Of a DNA stretch of 57,344 nucleotides, positions 55,139 to 57,344 are shown one piece after another. Source of the DNA: a virus (taxonomy: Duplodnaviria > Caudoviricetes); IMG/VR virus record IMGVR_UViG_3300018410_000010, positions 1 through 57,344 of that record; one strand, written 5' to 3'. The position numbers were made by a program, and so were the translations under genes. The notes below the pieces were generated by a model. It did not search any database. It worked only from the letters and a program-made list of their open reading frames with translations, and was not told the origin of the DNA. The stretch's first letter is position 1; each line of letters opens with the position of its first letter.

Positions 55139-57344
55139 GTTAATGCGATCCCTCTATAATCTTTAACAAACGGCGCATTAAATTGATTTGGAGCTAAGAG
55201 TTCGATTTTAATTGAAAAGGCTCTATATCCATCAAATGTACCAGCCGTGCTTGTATATCTAAGTACACCAGAATTTTTATTAGCATCAGCTACAGCATAA
55301 CGATACTCTCTAAAGTCTGATGTATTAATTGAAGATGAATATGTATTTTTACCTTCAATCATTTCAAGCTCAATCCAGTTAATTGTATCAAACGCTGAGC
55401 TGTCTTGCGTATGCTGTGGTCTAATATAAACTTTAATGTCAGTACCGTTTGGTCTATATCCCGTTAAGAAAACATTTAAATCTTCGGCATCTAAATCTGC
55501 CGCTAACTCAATGCGTCTTGAAATATATTTTGATGTAGTTGCTGAAGTATTTGTAACTTGATATTGATATGCTAATATCGTTGCTAATTCTAAATCAACA
55601 AATGGAGTTGATGTTACATTAGACTTATTAGCCATATCTACTTTAATATCAAATGTTTTCGGATTAATAAAGTTGTTTGATTTACTGTAAATTACTGCAC
55701 CTTTGCGAGTAAACTCGTTATTCTGGCCAAAGTTCATATTCATATCATATGTTGCAGAAAGATTACCAGGATCAGTAAATGTACCTTTAAGCTGTGTAGT
55801 AGTTACTGAATCATTTGATTTTTGAATCAATGGCTGAATATAGCTCACATTAATATTATCTACAGAACCAATTGTACCACTTGTTCCACTCGTAAATCCA
55901 GTAATGGTATCAGTTGCAACAAACTTTTTACTATTTGTAGCAGAGCTTTGTTTTATATGAAGCTCATTTGCTGTTCTTTTATTATAATGACATACAATAC
56001 CAGCTACAAGTGGTTTACCAGTTGCAGTTGCTCCATTGAATGGACATGGATGATCTGTAGTCATTTGAGTTGAGCTATCAACACTTGCGATTCTAAAGAT
56101 TTCTGAATTGCTTCCAGCTGTAACCATGATGTAATCACCGGCTGCATAATCGACAGCAAAGTCATTTCCTGACTGTGTAATTACATTTGTATTTTGAACC
56201 ATAGCAACACTGTATCCAGCGCTTACATCTTTGTAGACAATTTCGCCTGGAGTAAATCTTCCATCCCAGTCACTTAATGTTAAGAATTCGTGATCATCGT
56301 TTGTAAGTGTAATGGTACCAGTTGCATTGTTAAATTCATGACGATATAAGTTAAACTTAATATCTTCGTCTTGATATGATTTCCATGCACGGTTGTTTGT
56401 TGATGTAAATAGAACACCGTCACCCCAGTCCATAACAACCGAACCACCCGTCACAAAGTCAGTACCACCAACTTTTGCTGTGTAGTGCAAGTAATTTGGA
56501 TCATTGGCATCTGGCATAATTACCACTGCATATTCTTTTTCAACATCCATACGAACTGGTGCATCGAATTCTATTTCAGTAACCGCTGTTGCGTCATTTG
56601 AAACATTTACTTGAGAAGCTTTTAAATGCTTTTTAGAGAATGGCAAAATAGTACCTGATGGATAACCATTGATAACTTCGCGAAGTGTAATTGTTACGCC
56701 GTTTATATTACTTTTACGTCTAAAGAATAAATCAACTTTTGAAATAAATACGGTATTTGAACCTTTACCCATACCTTTCTTAATAAAGAATGTTTGAGCA
56801 AGAGGATCACCGCCGAAGCGGCGTGTTTCTACTCTATTTGCAAGGTTTCGTGTTGTTGTCTCTGAAATTTCTGTAACCTCAGGAACTCGTGTAGAAAGTG
56901 TTGATTTTTCTTGAGAAATGTTGTAAGCATGATATGCAATTTCCGCTTTAGAAGTAGAAGCTGAATCAATGCTTGAGAATTGAGCAACATCAACAACAGT
57001 TAAAACTCTGTCGCCAACATAGAACGTTGCGTCAGGAATCGAGAATATTGCTCTCAATACACCGTTTGCATCTGATTTTACAATATCACCTTTCGATCCG
57101 AATCTTCCAATATCTCTAGCAAAATCTGAGTTGACTGTGCCAGGAGTAATATGCGCATCTACAGCAGTTCCATCAAAGAAGAAATAATGTCGTGTGTTTG
57201 GCCTCAGACCTGAAACATAAACCTTAATATCACGAGCTCTCATAAATGGATTAAACGCTACGTTAGTAACAAAATCACCAACTAAATTTGAGCCTACGTC
57301 GTTTACTTGAATGCTTTGTTGAGTTACTTCTTCTGTTCTGTTAA
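55135..57344 (-). CDS. Large virion/baseplate-associated protein (DUF4815/VrlC-like), C-terminal part; 5' truncated by window end
   Basis: Frame is open from 57342 through ATG 57243. Motifs PFMR.R.I.....GLRPNT.HY.FFDG, DPLAQTF, GVLFTSTNNRAW..YQDEDIKF, KYISR.IEL, P.VKDYRGIAL. Confidence 0.8.
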   Translation of the reverse strand, partial: NRTEEVTQQSIQVNDVGSNLVGDFVTNVAFNPFMRARDIKVYVSGLRPNTRHYFFFDGTAVDAHITPGTVNSDFARDIGRFGSKGDIVKSDANGVLRAIFSIPDATFYVGDRVLTVVDVAQFSSIDSASTSKAEIAYHAYNISQEKSTLSTRVPEVTEISETTTRNLANRVETRRFGGDPLAQTFFIKKGMGKGSNTVFISKVDLFFRRKSNINGVTITLREVINGYPSGTILPFSKKHLKASQVNVSNDATAVTEIEFDAPVRMDVEKEYAVVIMPDANDPNYLHYTAKVGGTDFVTGGSVVMDWGDGVLFTSTNNRAWKSYQDEDIKFNLYRHEFNNATGTITLTNDDHEFLTLSDWDGRFTPGEIVYKDVSAGYSVAMVQNTNVITQSGNDFAVDYAAGDYIMVTAGSNSEIFRIASVDSSTQMTTDHPCPFNGATATGKPLVAGIVCHYNKRTANELHIKQSSATNSKKFVATDTITGFTSGTSGTIGSVDNINVSYIQPLIQKSNDSVTTTQLKGTFTDPGNLSATYDMNMNFGQNNEFTRKGAVIYSKSNNFINPKTFDIKVDMANKSNVTSTPFVDLELATILAYQYQVTNTSATTSKYISRRIELAADLDAEDLNVFLTGYRPNGTDIKVYIRPQHTQDSSAFDTINWIELEMIEGKNTYSSSINTSDFREYRYAVADANKNSGVLRYTSTAGTFDGYRAFSIKIELLAPNQFNAPFVKDYRGIALT

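Noticed and set aside
1-57344. tRNA, rRNA or structured ncRNA genes
   Set aside because: Intergenic gaps are about 100 bp or less and are accounted for by promoters and terminators; no cloverleaf noticed by eye. tRNAscan/Infernal would be needed to exclude them formally.

Overview
Structural (late) region of a large T4-like myovirus genome. Evidence: neck genes gp13/gp14 and repeated T4-type late promoters (TATAAATA). The minus strand carries a truncated large virion/baseplate protein, S74-chaperone tail fibres, a Gly-rich putative adhesin, 3903-aa and ~3060-aa repeat proteins, a Gln-rich collagen fibre, small virion proteins, a three-gene sugar-modification-like module and the neck genes. 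Inserted in the opposite orientation (7079-19525) is a tightly coupled 17-gene operon. It encodes four radical SAM/SPASM enzymes, six 2OG-Fe(II)/cupin oxygenases (a seventh is divergent at 6420-6977), a flavin-dependent Trp-halogenase-like enzyme, a P-loop kinase and four unknowns. It also encodes a 193-aa protein with its own late promoter that ends in CHYS-CHYS-CHGS-RGRR. This looks like a phage-encoded RiPP-style post-translational modification system acting on a His-X-Ser/Cys repeat substrate, possibly a virion protein, and is the main candidate novel system. All family calls come from motif recognition by eye; no database searches were run.
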